Source: Bdellovibrionota bacterium
Lineage (GTDB): Bacteria > Bdellovibrionota_C > UBA2361 > OMIW01
Assembly: GCA_044345055.1 (NCBI GenBank)
Contig: JBIJBT010000009.1
Coordinates: 1-48,385, forward strand
Direction of reading: 5' to 3'
DNA: 48,385 bases
Of this stretch, positions 38,610 through 48,385 are shown piece after piece (position 1 is the first letter of the stretch; each line of letters opens with the position of its first letter). A model generated the notes under the pieces. That model was not told the DNA's origin. It saw only the letters and a list, made by a program, of their open reading frames with translations, and searched no databases. The translations under genes and the position numbers were made by a program.

Positions 38610-40466
38610 ATGACCATCACCTCCCTGCCTCTGACTCCGTCAAACTTACCCAATCGAGCGGAAATCCTCTCTCGACTCGATAATATGCGACGGACTCTAA
38701 AGGCTCGGGGGTGGGATGGCTATTATATTCCCGCTGCAGATCCCCATCATAACGAGTGGGTGCCTACATGTTGGCAAAGGCGAATTTTTCTTTCGGGGTT
38801 TACTGGTTCGCAGGGAGACCTTCTTGTTGGTCAAGATGGTGCGTGGTTGTGGACCGATTCCCGCTACTTTATTCAGGCTGAAGAGGAGCTGGCAGGCACG
38901 GGGATTACGCTGTGTCGCCTCCTTGTTGCAGGTTCGCCGAGCCTTGAGCAGGTTATTGCTGACCTGTTTCCAAAGAAAATTATCGCGGTCGATCCTCAGA
39001 CGATTCTTGCTCGAGATCGCGATCGAATCGAGGGAGCGCTAAAAAGGTGCGATGGATCGCTTATTTTATCATCCACCAATCTTGTTGATGAAATTTGGGA
39101 GGCTCGCCCGCCGCTACCCTCTACTCCCCTTGAGGTATACCCGCTATCGTGCGCCGGAATCTCAGTCATGGAGAAGATTGAGCTCATTCGGGAATCGCTC
39201 GGAGCGCTTTTACCAAGGGGCGAGCACGCCTTTATCCATCCACTTATCGGACTGGACGCGATTGCATGGACCTTCAATCTCCGAGGATCTGACATTCCAT
39301 ATAATCCACTAGCGATCGCCTTCAGCATTATCACACCAAATGATGCGGTCCTTTATCTCACCGATTCACCGCTATCGTCCGCCGTATCAAATCATCTCGC
39401 TTCAGCCAACGTCTCGGTTCGCCCTTATCAAGATTTTCTGAGCTCGCTTTCAGATTATTCCGGAACATGGATAGTAGACCCTGCCGCAACAAATGTTTCT
39501 GTTCTTCAAGCACTCGAGGCAAACGGCGCTACTGTCATTCGGCAACATTCGCCTATAACTCTGCTAAAGGCGGTAAAAAATCCAGTTGAGCAAGATGGCA
39601 TCCGCGCTGCTCACATACGCGATGCAGTTGCCGTAATTAAACTTCTTCACTGGTTTGCAACAACCCCTCATGCTGAGCCAATAACAGAGCTTTCTCTCGC
39701 AAATAAACTCGAATCGTTCCGCACTGCACAAACAAACTACCGTGGCCCGAGCTTTCCCACGATAGCTGGCTTTGGTCCGCACGGTGCAATCGTTCACTAT
39801 CAGGCCACAGCTGAATCCTCTCTTTCTATCGATGAAAGCGCGCTCCTTCTGCTCGATAGCGGTGGGCATTACATCGATGGCACCACCGATATCACGAGAA
39901 CTATCCATCGCGGAGCTCCGACTCGCGAAGAGAAAGAGCTGTATACCCTAGTCCTAAAAGGACACCTCGCCCTCTCGCGAATAAATTTCCCCGCCGGCAC
40001 CGATGGCTCTGATCTCGATGCGCTCGCCCGCGCTCCCCTCTGGAGTCGCGGCCTCAACTATGGGCACGGCACCGGCCACGGCGTCGGCTGCTATCTTTCT
40101 GTTCACGAAGGACCACATCGCATCGCGATCGGCCGCCGCTCAACGCCACTCCAACCCGGTATGATCGTGAGCAATGAGCCCGGTTTCTATAAGGCAGGCC
40201 ACTTCGGAATTCGAATCGAAAACCTTCAGCTCGTTGTCGAGCGACCCGATCTCTCAACAAAAGAATTCGGCGAATTTCTCGGTTTTGAAACTCTTACCCT
40301 AGTCCCCTACTCTCGCAAACTGCTCGCCCAAGATCTACTCACCAGCGAAGAACGGCAACAAATTAACAGCTATAATCGGCAAATTCTCGAAACTCTCTCA
40401 CCACTCCTTGAATCATCGATTTTAGAGTGGTTGCTCGATGAGTGTAAGGAGCTATCAGAAGAATAG
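38610..40466 (+). CDS. Xaa-Pro aminopeptidase (aminopeptidase P, three-domain M24B type)
   Basis: DPHHNEW, SGFTGS, WTDSRY, DSGGHYIDGTTDITRT, HGTGHGVG, VHEGP, SNEPG and GIRIEN motifs. Confidence 0.96.
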   Translation: MTITSLPLTPSNLPNRAEILSRLDNMRRTLKARGWDGYYIPAADPHHNEWVPTCWQRRIFLSGFTGSQGDLLVGQDGAWLWTDSRYFIQAEEELAGTGITLCRLLVAGSPSLEQVIADLFPKKIIAVDPQTILARDRDRIEGALKRCDGSLILSSTNLVDEIWEARPPLPSTPLEVYPLSCAGISVMEKIELIRESLGALLPRGEHAFIHPLIGLDAIAWTFNLRGSDIPYNPLAIAFSIITPNDAVLYLTDSPLSSAVSNHLASANVSVRPYQDFLSSLSDYSGTWIVDPAATNVSVLQALEANGATVIRQHSPITLLKAVKNPVEQDGIRAAHIRDAVAVIKLLHWFATTPHAEPITELSLANKLESFRTAQTNYRGPSFPTIAGFGPHGAIVHYQATAESSLSIDESALLLLDSGGHYIDGTTDITRTIHRGAPTREEKELYTLVLKGHLALSRINFPAGTDGSDLDALARAPLWSRGLNYGHGTGHGVGCYLSVHEGPHRIAIGRRSTPLQPGMIVSNEPGFYKAGHFGIRIENLQLVVERPDLSTKEFGEFLGFETLTLVPYSRKLLAQDLLTSEERQQINSYNRQILETLSPLLESSILEWLLDECKELSEE

Positions 40467-40503
40467 TCTTTCGTAAAAAATGAGCTACCCTAGAGATGCG
40501 CGA

Positions 40504-41223
40504 TTACTTGAGCGCATCAAATACTGGACGAAGCGGAAGCACTTTTCGGAGTCGTTGAGGATGACTCTCATCGGTCACCTTATCAACGCTCTCTTTCGTC
40601 TCTAGATCGCTTCTCTCAGGAATATCAAGAGAGGCTCCTCGACCTGCCAACGTTGCTCGCACTCGCTGCGCTATAAAACGGTGCTCATCGCGCTCGTTTT
40701 GTCTTGCACCACTTAATGACTGAGAAATCCTTGAAGGAGCAGTTACAACTCCGGTCTCCTCTCCTACCTCGGGCGAAATTCCGCGATTCCCATGAGGTGA
40801 TAACAAAACGCTTAGCTCGTGTATCACCGCAGCTATCGCTTGCGACCTAGACTGTAAAATTACCAGCTCTCGCGCCGTCCGAGCTGCAGCGATATAGTCG
40901 GCCGCCTCAGCGAATCCGATCAGCCTCGTATTTCCCTCCGCCAAGAGAGTGCTTAATTCAATCGCTTCTCGCTCAAATTGATGAACTACTCCGCCAAGCT
41001 CTCGGGGAGTGATTGCAGTGACTGGTCGTACACCGATAAGAGCCGTAATCCGAGAGATGAGCAATTCATTCGTGACACGCCACTCGCGAGCCTGTGCATC
41101 TCTCTCCTCGTTACCCTGCTCCGGATGACTAGAGGGACGTCCGAGCGAGCCGTACATCCGAACAGCCCGCCTTGCCCTTTGAAGAAGAGCCAAAAGTCGG
41201 GAGGAGAACGGTGCTGTTGTCAT
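40504..41223 (-). CDS. Hypothetical helical protein
   Basis: 239-aa ATG-start ORF with a helical N-terminal part and a disordered C-terminus. Confidence 0.7.
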   Translation of the reverse strand: MTTAPFSSRLLALLQRARRAVRMYGSLGRPSSHPEQGNEERDAQAREWRVTNELLISRITALIGVRPVTAITPRELGGVVHQFEREAIELSTLLAEGNTRLIGFAEAADYIAAARTARELVILQSRSQAIAAVIHELSVLLSPHGNRGISPEVGEETGVVTAPSRISQSLSGARQNERDEHRFIAQRVRATLAGRGASLDIPERSDLETKESVDKVTDESHPQRLRKVLPLRPVFDALK

Positions 41224-41610
41224 AGCAAATCTTAAGGATCTAAATTGAGTTTGCAGGTGGCAGCCTCTTTTTCATGAGTGGCGAGCCATCACCGCAGCAG
41301 ATCTATCTTCTACGTTAACTCTTAGCCTCGAAAGAATCGGCCCTCGCCTCGACCACCCTTATTTCGCAGCCTCTTAAAAAAAGCACCTCTGCCGACACAT
41401 CAACAGAAGTGGGTGGTGCTTCGCTGCAACTGTCAGGTATTCTTCCTATTTAGGATCAATAGCATCTATGATCGTTAGCATCTAGGACGTCAAGATGAAA
41501 TATCGGTTTACAGAAATACACTCAAACTAATGTTTCAGCTACCCAGATCCATCGAAAATCTCAATTAGCAATCGCTTGCTAATATCTTGTCATCTGACAA
41601 CTAAAAACAA

Positions 41611-42639
41611 ATGACCACGAAAGCCAGAACTATCCATCTTTTACGAGCGTCTGGTGTAAGCCTACAGTCCACCCTTTGTCAATTAAAAGCATCGCTCCAC
41701 CGTTTCAACATCTTCGCTGCTGCGCCGCTTTTGTCGTTTACCTTGTTTCCGTTCATCTCCAACGCAAACGCCACACCATTTAACCTGACCGATGCCTGGC
41801 AATCGCTCTCTCCGCGAGTAGCCGTCCGAGAAATTATCGTTCATCCAGAAGCTCTCTTTCCATCCCGCATCGTTTTTGCCCGATTATCCGATGCAACCGA
41901 ACCGTACCCAAACTCATCTCCCACCGAGAAGCCGTTGCGCCCCCGTCTCCGGGTCTTAACCGCCCAAGAGTTCGGATATCCTGTTCTGAGCGCCCGAGAG
42001 ATCGCAGGACACGCTGGCGCTTCGCTTACAATTAACGCCAACTTTTTCGATGAAAAAGCCTCCCCCCTTGGCGCCATCGTTGCAGGTGGTATCTTAAAAC
42101 GCAAAGCACACCGCTCAGGGCGAGCATTAAGTGGTATCTTTCAGATCGATAGCCGAGGACCCCACATCCTCCATCGGGACACCTTTTCTCCCCTCGGGGT
42201 TATCGAGGCAGTTCAGGCAGGCCCGCGGCTCATCGACAACGGCTCGCCCACTCCCGGAGTACGCGACTCTTTCAGCACACGCCGAGCTGGAATCTGTATC
42301 AACAAAGAGGGCGAAATTATCGTTTTTTGCGTATCTTCAGGGCTCTTCACCCTAACGATGCCATCGCTTCAGGAACTGCTCGCATCGCCTACCATCGGCT
42401 GCAGTGAAGCTCTCAATCTCGACGGCGGAGGCTCCGCACAGATATTTGCGCGAAGCCCTATTTCAACTCAAATCTCAACACCGACTCAAGAAGTTATCGT
42501 TGAAGGTATCGATAGAGTCCCAGTCTTTCTTGGATTTTTTGATGATACTGCAACGGCTTCTTCAGGGGTGAAGGCACCCGCCCCCAATCATCTGCCGATA
42601 ACAGATCTATCCGTTGAGCCTAAAAAAGAGCGTAAATGA
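41611..42639 (+). CDS. Phosphodiester glycosidase (NAGPA) family exported protein
   Basis: INANFFD, QAGPRLI, RRAGIC and ALNLDGGGS motifs; signal-like segment ending ANA. Confidence 0.88.
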   Translation: MTTKARTIHLLRASGVSLQSTLCQLKASLHRFNIFAAAPLLSFTLFPFISNANATPFNLTDAWQSLSPRVAVREIIVHPEALFPSRIVFARLSDATEPYPNSSPTEKPLRPRLRVLTAQEFGYPVLSAREIAGHAGASLTINANFFDEKASPLGAIVAGGILKRKAHRSGRALSGIFQIDSRGPHILHRDTFSPLGVIEAVQAGPRLIDNGSPTPGVRDSFSTRRAGICINKEGEIIVFCVSSGLFTLTMPSLQELLASPTIGCSEALNLDGGGSAQIFARSPISTQISTPTQEVIVEGIDRVPVFLGFFDDTATASSGVKAPAPNHLPITDLSVEPKKERK

Positions 42640-42778
42640 AGGGCGAAAGCGCACTTCCTGAGGTCGCAACAAGGAGCACTCCCAACAACAGAAATACCGT
42701 AATTATCGGAAAGAGCCACCACGCCTTTTTTTCACGCAACAGCGCAACAACCTCTAAAATAGTCGAAGATTTTGCCAT
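42620..42778 (-). CDS. DUF5989 family small membrane protein
   Basis: MAKSSTILEVVALLREKKAWWLFPIITVFLLLGVLLVATSGSALSPFIYALF matches the KxWWLxP and PFIYxLF pattern. Confidence 0.88.
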   Translation of the reverse strand: MAKSSTILEVVALLREKKAWWLFPIITVFLLLGVLLVATSGSALSPFIYALF

Positions 42779-42884
42779 AACACCAACACAAATAACGTCT
42801 AACAGAACTACACAGCCACCCTGAGTGGACGCCATTGTTTCCGATTTTAGCTAGAGAAGTCTATTCGGCACCGAACTGAAACCC

Positions 42885-43424
42885 TTAAGCTGCCGAGGCT
42901 CGCCTGCTCGTTGCAACCTCGGAGATATCTCCACTGTCATTTAGAGACGCGATAATTCGATCCACCTCTTCAATTAGGGAGCCTATCGCGTATGCCCAGA
43001 CATATTGACCCGCCTTTCGACCGGTGAGCGCCTCGGCAATCTGCCCTTTGTCCTCGACACGGTGCTTTAAATAGAGCTGTTTTCCATCAGTCAGCAACAT
43101 CATGTCGGCTGGATTTTTCTGGAGTCGGGGCAGTCTTTTGCGGAGATAATCGATACCTTGGCGAAATCTATTAACCGGCAACCCCTCCCGCTTCATCTGA
43201 AATAGCCAACAAAGGAGCACCAAATCTGCATACGAATACTGGCGGCGCCCGCGGACTACCGTCTCACCAGTCGTTGGAACGAGATCAGTTCGTGCGTAAT
43301 AATTGAGAAGCGCGAGCCCGATCTTTTCGGTTCCTCCCGTCAAAGATCGCAATACAGCCTGAACATCCTTTGCAGAAAATTCCCTTACGTGGAGCGGCGC
43401 GGTAGTAGGCGTGGGGGTATTCAT
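42885..43424 (-). CDS. MerR-type transcriptional regulator (Rv1830-like architecture)
   Basis: LNYYARTDLV, RRQYSYADL, MKREGLP-FRQGIDYLR, LLTDGKQLY and GQYVW motifs. Confidence 0.8.
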   Translation of the reverse strand: MNTPTPTTAPLHVREFSAKDVQAVLRSLTGGTEKIGLALLNYYARTDLVPTTGETVVRGRRQYSYADLVLLCWLFQMKREGLPVNRFRQGIDYLRKRLPRLQKNPADMMLLTDGKQLYLKHRVEDKGQIAEALTGRKAGQYVWAYAIGSLIEEVDRIIASLNDSGDISEVATSRRASAA

Positions 43425-43636
43425 AAGGATCGAACCAGAACTCGCACTGTTGATTAGGTAAAAAAACTAAATTCCGGGATTAATTTTTCGGAGTACTTGG
43501 CAAATGATCTCCAAAATTATCTATCGACTCGGTCTAACCCCTTCCTGACGGTCGATTCAACCGAGCGCTTGATACAATCCCTAGCGATCGTCTGCGTCCA
43601 TGAAAGAGCAATTCACACGGCCTACTCTCTACCCAT

Positions 43637-43665
43637 AGGGTAAGGATGACCGCCCGTTGTGTCAA
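43637..43665 (-). promoter_or_regulatory. Sigma70 promoter upstream of the MerR-type gene
   Basis: TTGACA-N17-TACCCT, the same hexamers as the tRNA promoter. Confidence 0.7.
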
Positions 43666-43703
43666 CGCATGAAATTAGCCGTTCGCGTCAATTTTGACGT
43701 TAT

Positions 43704-44477
43704 TCAATCGATGTCATAAACAACCGATACCGTTACCGAGATATCAACAGGCTTGGCTTCAACCGAGGCTTCAGGGGCAGCTTTAGCCACCGCAGCGAGA
43801 GCTCGTGGAGCAAATTCTCGCGCCACCGGCCACCCTTCCCCCGAAGCAACTCCCTCCTCGATCGATCGAACTCTACCAAGCGAAACCCCCGCTCCCGCCG
43901 CCAGCTTTGCCGCTTTTGAAGCCGCATTGCGGGTAGCCTGTTCAAGACAACCCTCTCGCTCTCGCTTCATCAACTCAGGCGAAACAAGGGTCTGTAAATT
44001 CGAAACCTCCTCAGCTCCCAACCGTGAAGCAACCCCGATTACCTCTCCAATACGAGCTATATCGGATGTTTCAAAACGAGAAGCAAGCTGTGTACGAAAT
44101 CCCGTGCAAGAGCGCCGCGAACCGTCATAAGAACATTCTTCAGATACTGAATAGACAACAGTCTCAGTAGAGGCATCCCGCAAACTGAGACCCTTGACCT
44201 CCTTTTTAATCGCCTCGTGTGCCGCGATAGTTTTTGATGAAGCCTCCTGCGGCGTTTTGGCAACGACAGATGATGTCACTGTCACCGCTCCCCTGTCCTG
44301 AGCAACCCGAGCTAAACACTCACCCGTAACAGAGATTGCTCGACGCAACATATGGGGGCGATGCGAGGTTTCGGCCTTTGAATTGGAAGGAAGAAGTGCA
44401 GCCGCGAATAGAGCGGCGACAATACCAGAACCAACGCCAAGCCGTAGCGGTACCCGAGATACAGGAATATGTTTCAT
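43704..44477 (-). CDS. SIMPL (DUF541) periplasmic protein
   Basis: Signal peptide, ISVTGE, A-KA-LA-AGVSLGRVRSIEE and VTVSVVYDI motifs; GAGGA RBS. Confidence 0.9.
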   Translation of the reverse strand: MKHIPVSRVPLRLGVGSGIVAALFAAALLPSNSKAETSHRPHMLRRAISVTGECLARVAQDRGAVTVTSSVVAKTPQEASSKTIAAHEAIKKEVKGLSLRDASTETVVYSVSEECSYDGSRRSCTGFRTQLASRFETSDIARIGEVIGVASRLGAEEVSNLQTLVSPELMKREREGCLEQATRNAASKAAKLAAGAGVSLGRVRSIEEGVASGEGWPVAREFAPRALAAVAKAAPEASVEAKPVDISVTVSVVYDID

Positions 44478-44529
44478 CTGACAGTCCTCGTTTGTTTGAT
44501 CGTACTGTTTAATTTGAGAATCGGCGAAC

Positions 44530-44958
44530 TTAAGTTCCCCCTCGGAACGCCAATACCTTATTCAATGAATACTGCGTCACAACCACAATCACAATAGATG
44601 ACGCCTTCGCGATTCGGGCTGAAACCCCTAGCCAACCAACCCCTAACTCAAGAATGGCTGCACTCAGCACCAAACCGACCATTCCAACTGCGTAAAACGC
44701 AACAAATCGACGCAGGAGCCGATCGGATACCCGAAAATTCAATCTCGCATTAAGGAAAAAATTATTTGTTATACCCGCCGATACAGAGATGAAATTAGCA
44801 ATCTGCATCGACAGACCAGCCCAGAGAAAAATCTCAAACAAAACAAAATCAAGAGTCGCTCCACTGACTCCGATTACGGCATAAGTAATAAAGTTTCGCC
44901 GCCGCTCGATCTGTTCTAATAACTGTTCAACTAGCCAACTAAGCACAGCAACTCTCAA
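44530..44958 (-). CDS. GtrA family flippase-like protein
   Basis: FITYAVIG, NNFFLNARLNF, AKA and QYSLNK-F motifs; four TM helices. Confidence 0.9.
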   Translation of the reverse strand: MRVAVLSWLVEQLLEQIERRRNFITYAVIGVSGATLDFVLFEIFLWAGLSMQIANFISVSAGITNNFFLNARLNFRVSDRLLRRFVAFYAVGMVGLVLSAAILELGVGWLGVSARIAKASSIVIVVVTQYSLNKVLAFRGGT

Positions 44959-44991
44959 TGTAATAATGGTTCATAAAAATATCTCGCAAAA

Positions 44992-46299
44992 TTATCTCGA
45001 AACAGGATCGTAAATATTGTTCTTTACCCAGTCATTAATTTCTCTTGGCACTTCCTGCTCATTTAATAGACGCTCGCGAAGCGGCTCAAGAAGATGGCGG
45101 TGATTTTGCGATAAGCCTTCTCTAGCTACGGATAATATATCGCCACACAAAGAATGAAGTGATCTCGATGGCTGAGTACCGCCCTCTTTACTCGATACAT
45201 TATCGTTTGGCCGAATAGCCTCATCGATCAGCGAGTTGATGGTTAAAATATCAAATCCACCGACAACTTCTTGAGCTGCCGCAAACGCTTCACGATGGTA
45301 GAAGATACCGTGTACGAGCGCTACGATCGCATATTGAAGTGGGGGCGGAACCATGTCGAAAGCTCGCAGCTCTAAATAATTTCGTAATCGTACCCACGGA
45401 AAAAGTGTTGAAAGATGAAGATCCCAATCAGACTCTGTAAGGGGCACAGCGGAGGCGAGAATCTGCCGAAAAGTTTCACCAGCGGTTGCTATCAGATTAT
45501 CGCCCCGTTTTAGGAAGTAAACCGGAGCATCAAGCGCCCACGATGCATAATCAGCGAATGTGCGGGGACCATCGAGAATATCCGGGGGAAATCCGGAACG
45601 GCGTGGATCAGTATCAGTCCAGATGTGCGACCGAAATGATTGATAGGGTTGCTGCTTTCCGTAATGAAAAGGGCTATTTCCGGATAGCGCGATGAACACG
45701 GGAACAAGACGACACGCTAAAGCATATTTCTCTAAAGCATCACTCTCGCTTGAAAAATCGAGTGTAACCTGAATCGATGCGGTGAGTTTCATCATGTCCT
45801 GACCGAGAGTCCCGGTCTGGCCCATTATCGGATACATCATGTGATATCTTCGCTTTGGAACAAGCGATACAGCCTCTTTCCTTGCGAATGGATGATAGCC
45901 CGCGCACAGGAGTGCAAATGACTGTTCGTGCACCGCAGCCGCCACCTCATCGGTGATCTCTTTCATCTCATCGATAATCCGTTCAAGCGATCTCTGCGGC
46001 GAGGTTGCAACCTCAATCGCCCCCCCTGGCTCTATAGAAATATTCGACTCATTACGACTAAGACCAATAAGAGCGCTCTCTTCATACACCGGAGACCAAC
46101 CCCTTTTCTTCATCAGGGAACCTAATATTGCCTCTATCCCCCGTTCTCCCTTGTAAGGAGCTATCTCAAAGCTTGAACTATCAACGACAAGATATTCGAG
46201 TTCAACGCCACTTGAAAAAGCATCAGTAGATCTGATGCCCCGAATAAACGGTTTCAGCAGCCAATCTGGCAGCAAAGAATTGTTCGTTACAGTGAACAT
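44992..46299 (-). CDS. gshA: Glutamate--cysteine ligase (GCS2; plant/alphaproteobacterial/EgtA type)
   Basis: GVELE, SIEPGGAIE, PKRRY, MMKLTASIQVTLD, NSPF, R-IW-TDP-R, HLSTLFPWVR and YLELRAFD motifs. Confidence 0.9.
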   Translation of the reverse strand: MFTVTNNSLLPDWLLKPFIRGIRSTDAFSSGVELEYLVVDSSSFEIAPYKGERGIEAILGSLMKKRGWSPVYEESALIGLSRNESNISIEPGGAIEVATSPQRSLERIIDEMKEITDEVAAAVHEQSFALLCAGYHPFARKEAVSLVPKRRYHMMYPIMGQTGTLGQDMMKLTASIQVTLDFSSESDALEKYALACRLVPVFIALSGNSPFHYGKQQPYQSFRSHIWTDTDPRRSGFPPDILDGPRTFADYASWALDAPVYFLKRGDNLIATAGETFRQILASAVPLTESDWDLHLSTLFPWVRLRNYLELRAFDMVPPPLQYAIVALVHGIFYHREAFAAAQEVVGGFDILTINSLIDEAIRPNDNVSSKEGGTQPSRSLHSLCGDILSVAREGLSQNHRHLLEPLRERLLNEQEVPREINDWVKNNIYDPVSR

Positions 46300-46325
46300 T
46301 ATTTTCTCACACTAATCGCAGAGCA

Positions 46326-47531
46326 TTACGACTTATCCATATTGATCCGCACATACTCTGGGGTGAGATCGCTTCCGAATGCATACGCTGAGCTGTCTCC
46401 TTGATGAAGCTCTACAGTAATCGAGATCTCTTTTCCTTTGAGATACTGCGATGCTGCTTCAGCATCAAACGGGACAGCAACACTCTTTTCACAGAGGACT
46501 ATATCACCAAACCGGATCGAGATATTTTCGGGATCAATCGAAATATCGGCAGCACCAACCTCTGCAATCACTCTTCCCCAATAGGGGCACTCACCAGCGA
46601 TTGCGCACTTTACAAGTACTGATCCAACTATCTGGCGAGCGGCCCGACGCGCATCGTGTTCAGAGATTGCGCCACGAACCTCTACCCGAATTCGCTTTGT
46701 ACCACCCTCAGCATCTCCGGCCATCTGTAACGCCAGCTCCTCACAAACTTCCGTCAAGGCATCTCGGAGCAACGTGAGGGGCTGCTCAGAGCTATCATCA
46801 ATTAACGGCGCTCCCGCTGCACCATTTGCAACACAAAAAACAGTATCGTTCGTCGAGCGACATCCATCGATATTAAGCTGATGGAACGTTCTCTCAGCAG
46901 CACTCTTCAAGCACGACTGCAACGTCGCGCTTGAAACTGTCGCATCAGTTAAAATGGTGACAATCATCGTTGCCATTGAGGGTGCTGCCATCGCAACACC
47001 CTTTGCAAATCCAGCAACAGTAATAGTCCTTCCATCTTGTTCAAATTGACGCCAGCCACATTTCGGATGGGTATCAGTGGTCATCATACCTCGTGCTGCG
47101 TCCTCCCACCGCAAAGGAGAGAGGTGAGCTACAAGGGAGCGAGCTCCTTCGGTAACCACTGACTGATTGAGCGGAACGCCAATAAGACCTGTTTGTGCAA
47201 TCATCACTGACCTTTCTTCGCATCCGAGAGATTGGGCAACTTCAGCACAAATTGCACGGGCGATCCCCACACCTGAAGGACCGGTAGCAGCGTTCGCATT
47301 GCCTGATGATATGACAACTGCGCGACACCGTCCTTCGTTCTCAGTCAAATGTTCTCGCGATACCTGAACCGGAGCAGCCGCAACTCTGTTGGTGGTGAAG
47401 AGCGCGGCAACGGTTGCGGGAATATCCGAGACAAATAGCGCCATATCGTTAGCCCCCGAAGATTTAATACCGCTTGCAATACCAGCAGCGGTATATCCGA
47501 GAGGAGTTCTCAACGTTTGAAACATGTCCAT
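46326..47531 (-). CDS. argJ: Ornithine acetyltransferase ArgJ
   Basis: FTTN-AAP, SGNANAATG, TGLIG, MTTDT, MATM autocleavage site, STNDT, DAEG and WGR motifs. Confidence 0.96.
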   Translation of the reverse strand: MDMFQTLRTPLGYTAAGIASGIKSSGANDMALFVSDIPATVAALFTTNRVAAAPVQVSREHLTENEGRCRAVVISSGNANAATGPSGVGIARAICAEVAQSLGCEERSVMIAQTGLIGVPLNQSVVTEGARSLVAHLSPLRWEDAARGMMTTDTHPKCGWRQFEQDGRTITVAGFAKGVAMAAPSMATMIVTILTDATVSSATLQSCLKSAAERTFHQLNIDGCRSTNDTVFCVANGAAGAPLIDDSSEQPLTLLRDALTEVCEELALQMAGDAEGGTKRIRVEVRGAISEHDARRAARQIVGSVLVKCAIAGECPYWGRVIAEVGAADISIDPENISIRFGDIVLCEKSVAVPFDAEAASQYLKGKEISITVELHQGDSSAYAFGSDLTPEYVRINMDKS

Positions 47532-47682
47532 ATTAAATCCTTTCAGAATTGTCGTTCGGGATTTCGGCTTTGTAAGCCTATTCAGGAAAGAGACCTACCA
47601 CAAAGAGAGATGCTCGGCTACTCTGGCCAATTACTATTGAGGGTCCATCGATCGGTTTTTAAGTCGGGATGATTGATCGCCC

Positions 47683-48385
47683 CTACCGCAGATCTTGGCC
47701 TAAAAATGTCACCGCTCGCCTCAGCGCGAGCCGCGTTATAGCGCTGGTAAGAGCGAAAATTGCAAAGAAGCCAACGATGATGGCGAGAGAGGAGGCAACA
47801 GGTGTCGAGAGACTTGGTTTTAATCGGGGCAACAAAATACAGGACAAAAACATTGCGCCGCAGGCACCTGCGTAAAGCAGATTAATGATCATACAAAGTA
47901 GGCTACCGAGACTTCCCGAGAGCTGCGTAAGGTGTTCCCAGCTAAAGTTAGCGTATTCTCCCCCAACCCCAATAGCAATTGCCGCAGTACCATGAGCAAC
48001 TATCGCCCCAAAAAGGCAGCAAAGAAGAGTAATCGGAATTGAACCGATCGTAAGGTAGGTGCTTACTCCGAGGAAAACAGCGACCATCAGAGCAAGAAAG
48101 CGCGACCATAGACGGTATTTCGTCTGAACGATCTGTTCAATAGTTATCGGGCTCGTGTAAAGCATCCAAGCCGACCTTCCATCCCTAGATATGCTCGGGA
48201 AAATAAGTCGTGTCGCGCAAGCAAGTCCAAAAAAAGTCGCAAGCATTATATTGATAGAGAAGAAAATCTGCGTCCATTTTATCTGCTCTGGGCCTACTAA
48301 TGTTCCAGTAAATGATGAAATACGCATCGTAGAGAGATATATCGAACCGAGAATCACAAGTAGGCCAATTTCAAAAAGTGATGTC
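47683..48385 (-). CDS. Putative ABC exporter permease subunit, C-terminal part (frame is open to the window edge)
   Basis: RLIFPSISRDG-W-SP-K motif, multiple TM helices; no stop between 48357 and 48385. Confidence 0.75.
   Translation of the reverse strand, partial: TSLFEIGLLVILGSIYLSTMRISSFTGTLVGPEQIKWTQIFFSINIMLATFFGLACATRLIFPSISRDGRSAWMLYTSPITIEQIVQTKYRLWSRFLALMVAVFLGVSTYLTIGSIPITLLCCLFGAIVAHGTAAIAIGVGGEYANFSWEHLTQLSGSLGSLLCMIINLLYAGACGAMFLSCILLPRLKPSLSTPVASSLAIIVGFFAIFALTSAITRLALRRAVTFLGQDLR

Noticed and set aside
354..47875. Numerous short antisense or nested ORFs in the ORF track
   Set aside because: They lie within well-supported genes and show no independent motifs.

Overview
Chromosomal housekeeping window (about 48% GC by eye) from a diderm, LPS-making bacterium. 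The BamA/LpxI/SPFH style and a conserved 99-aa protein suggest a deltaproteobacteria/Bdellovibrionota-like lineage (inference). Recognisable genes: argF (partial)-argB, an SPFH pair, a CPA2 antiporter, ftsK, coaD, a DsbD-like CcdA-thioredoxin, bamA-skp-fabZ-lpxA-lpxI (no lpxD), rdgB, an MgtC-family gene, a FAD-linked oxidase, fpr, yacG, trpS, aminopeptidase P, a NAGPA-family gene, a MerR regulator, SIMPL, GtrA, gshA and argJ. I saw no CRISPR array, rRNA, integrase, transposase or intact prophage, and no clearly novel multi-gene system. The best leads are: (1) the tRNA-Ile(GAT)/tRNA-Ala(TGC) pair normally found in the 16S-23S spacer, standing alone with its own sigma70 promoter; (2) a 181-bp hairpin MITE upstream of ftsK; (3) a lone phage-tail-lysozyme-domain protein; (4) a membrane pseudokinase with HEAT-like repeats and a pseudo-GT2; (5) a small protein resembling a cyanophage family; (6) a 50% acidic protein; (7) a hairpin-rich 0.9-kb non-coding region upstream of a conserved unknown gene and yacG. 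All family calls come from motif recognition by eye, with no database searches.
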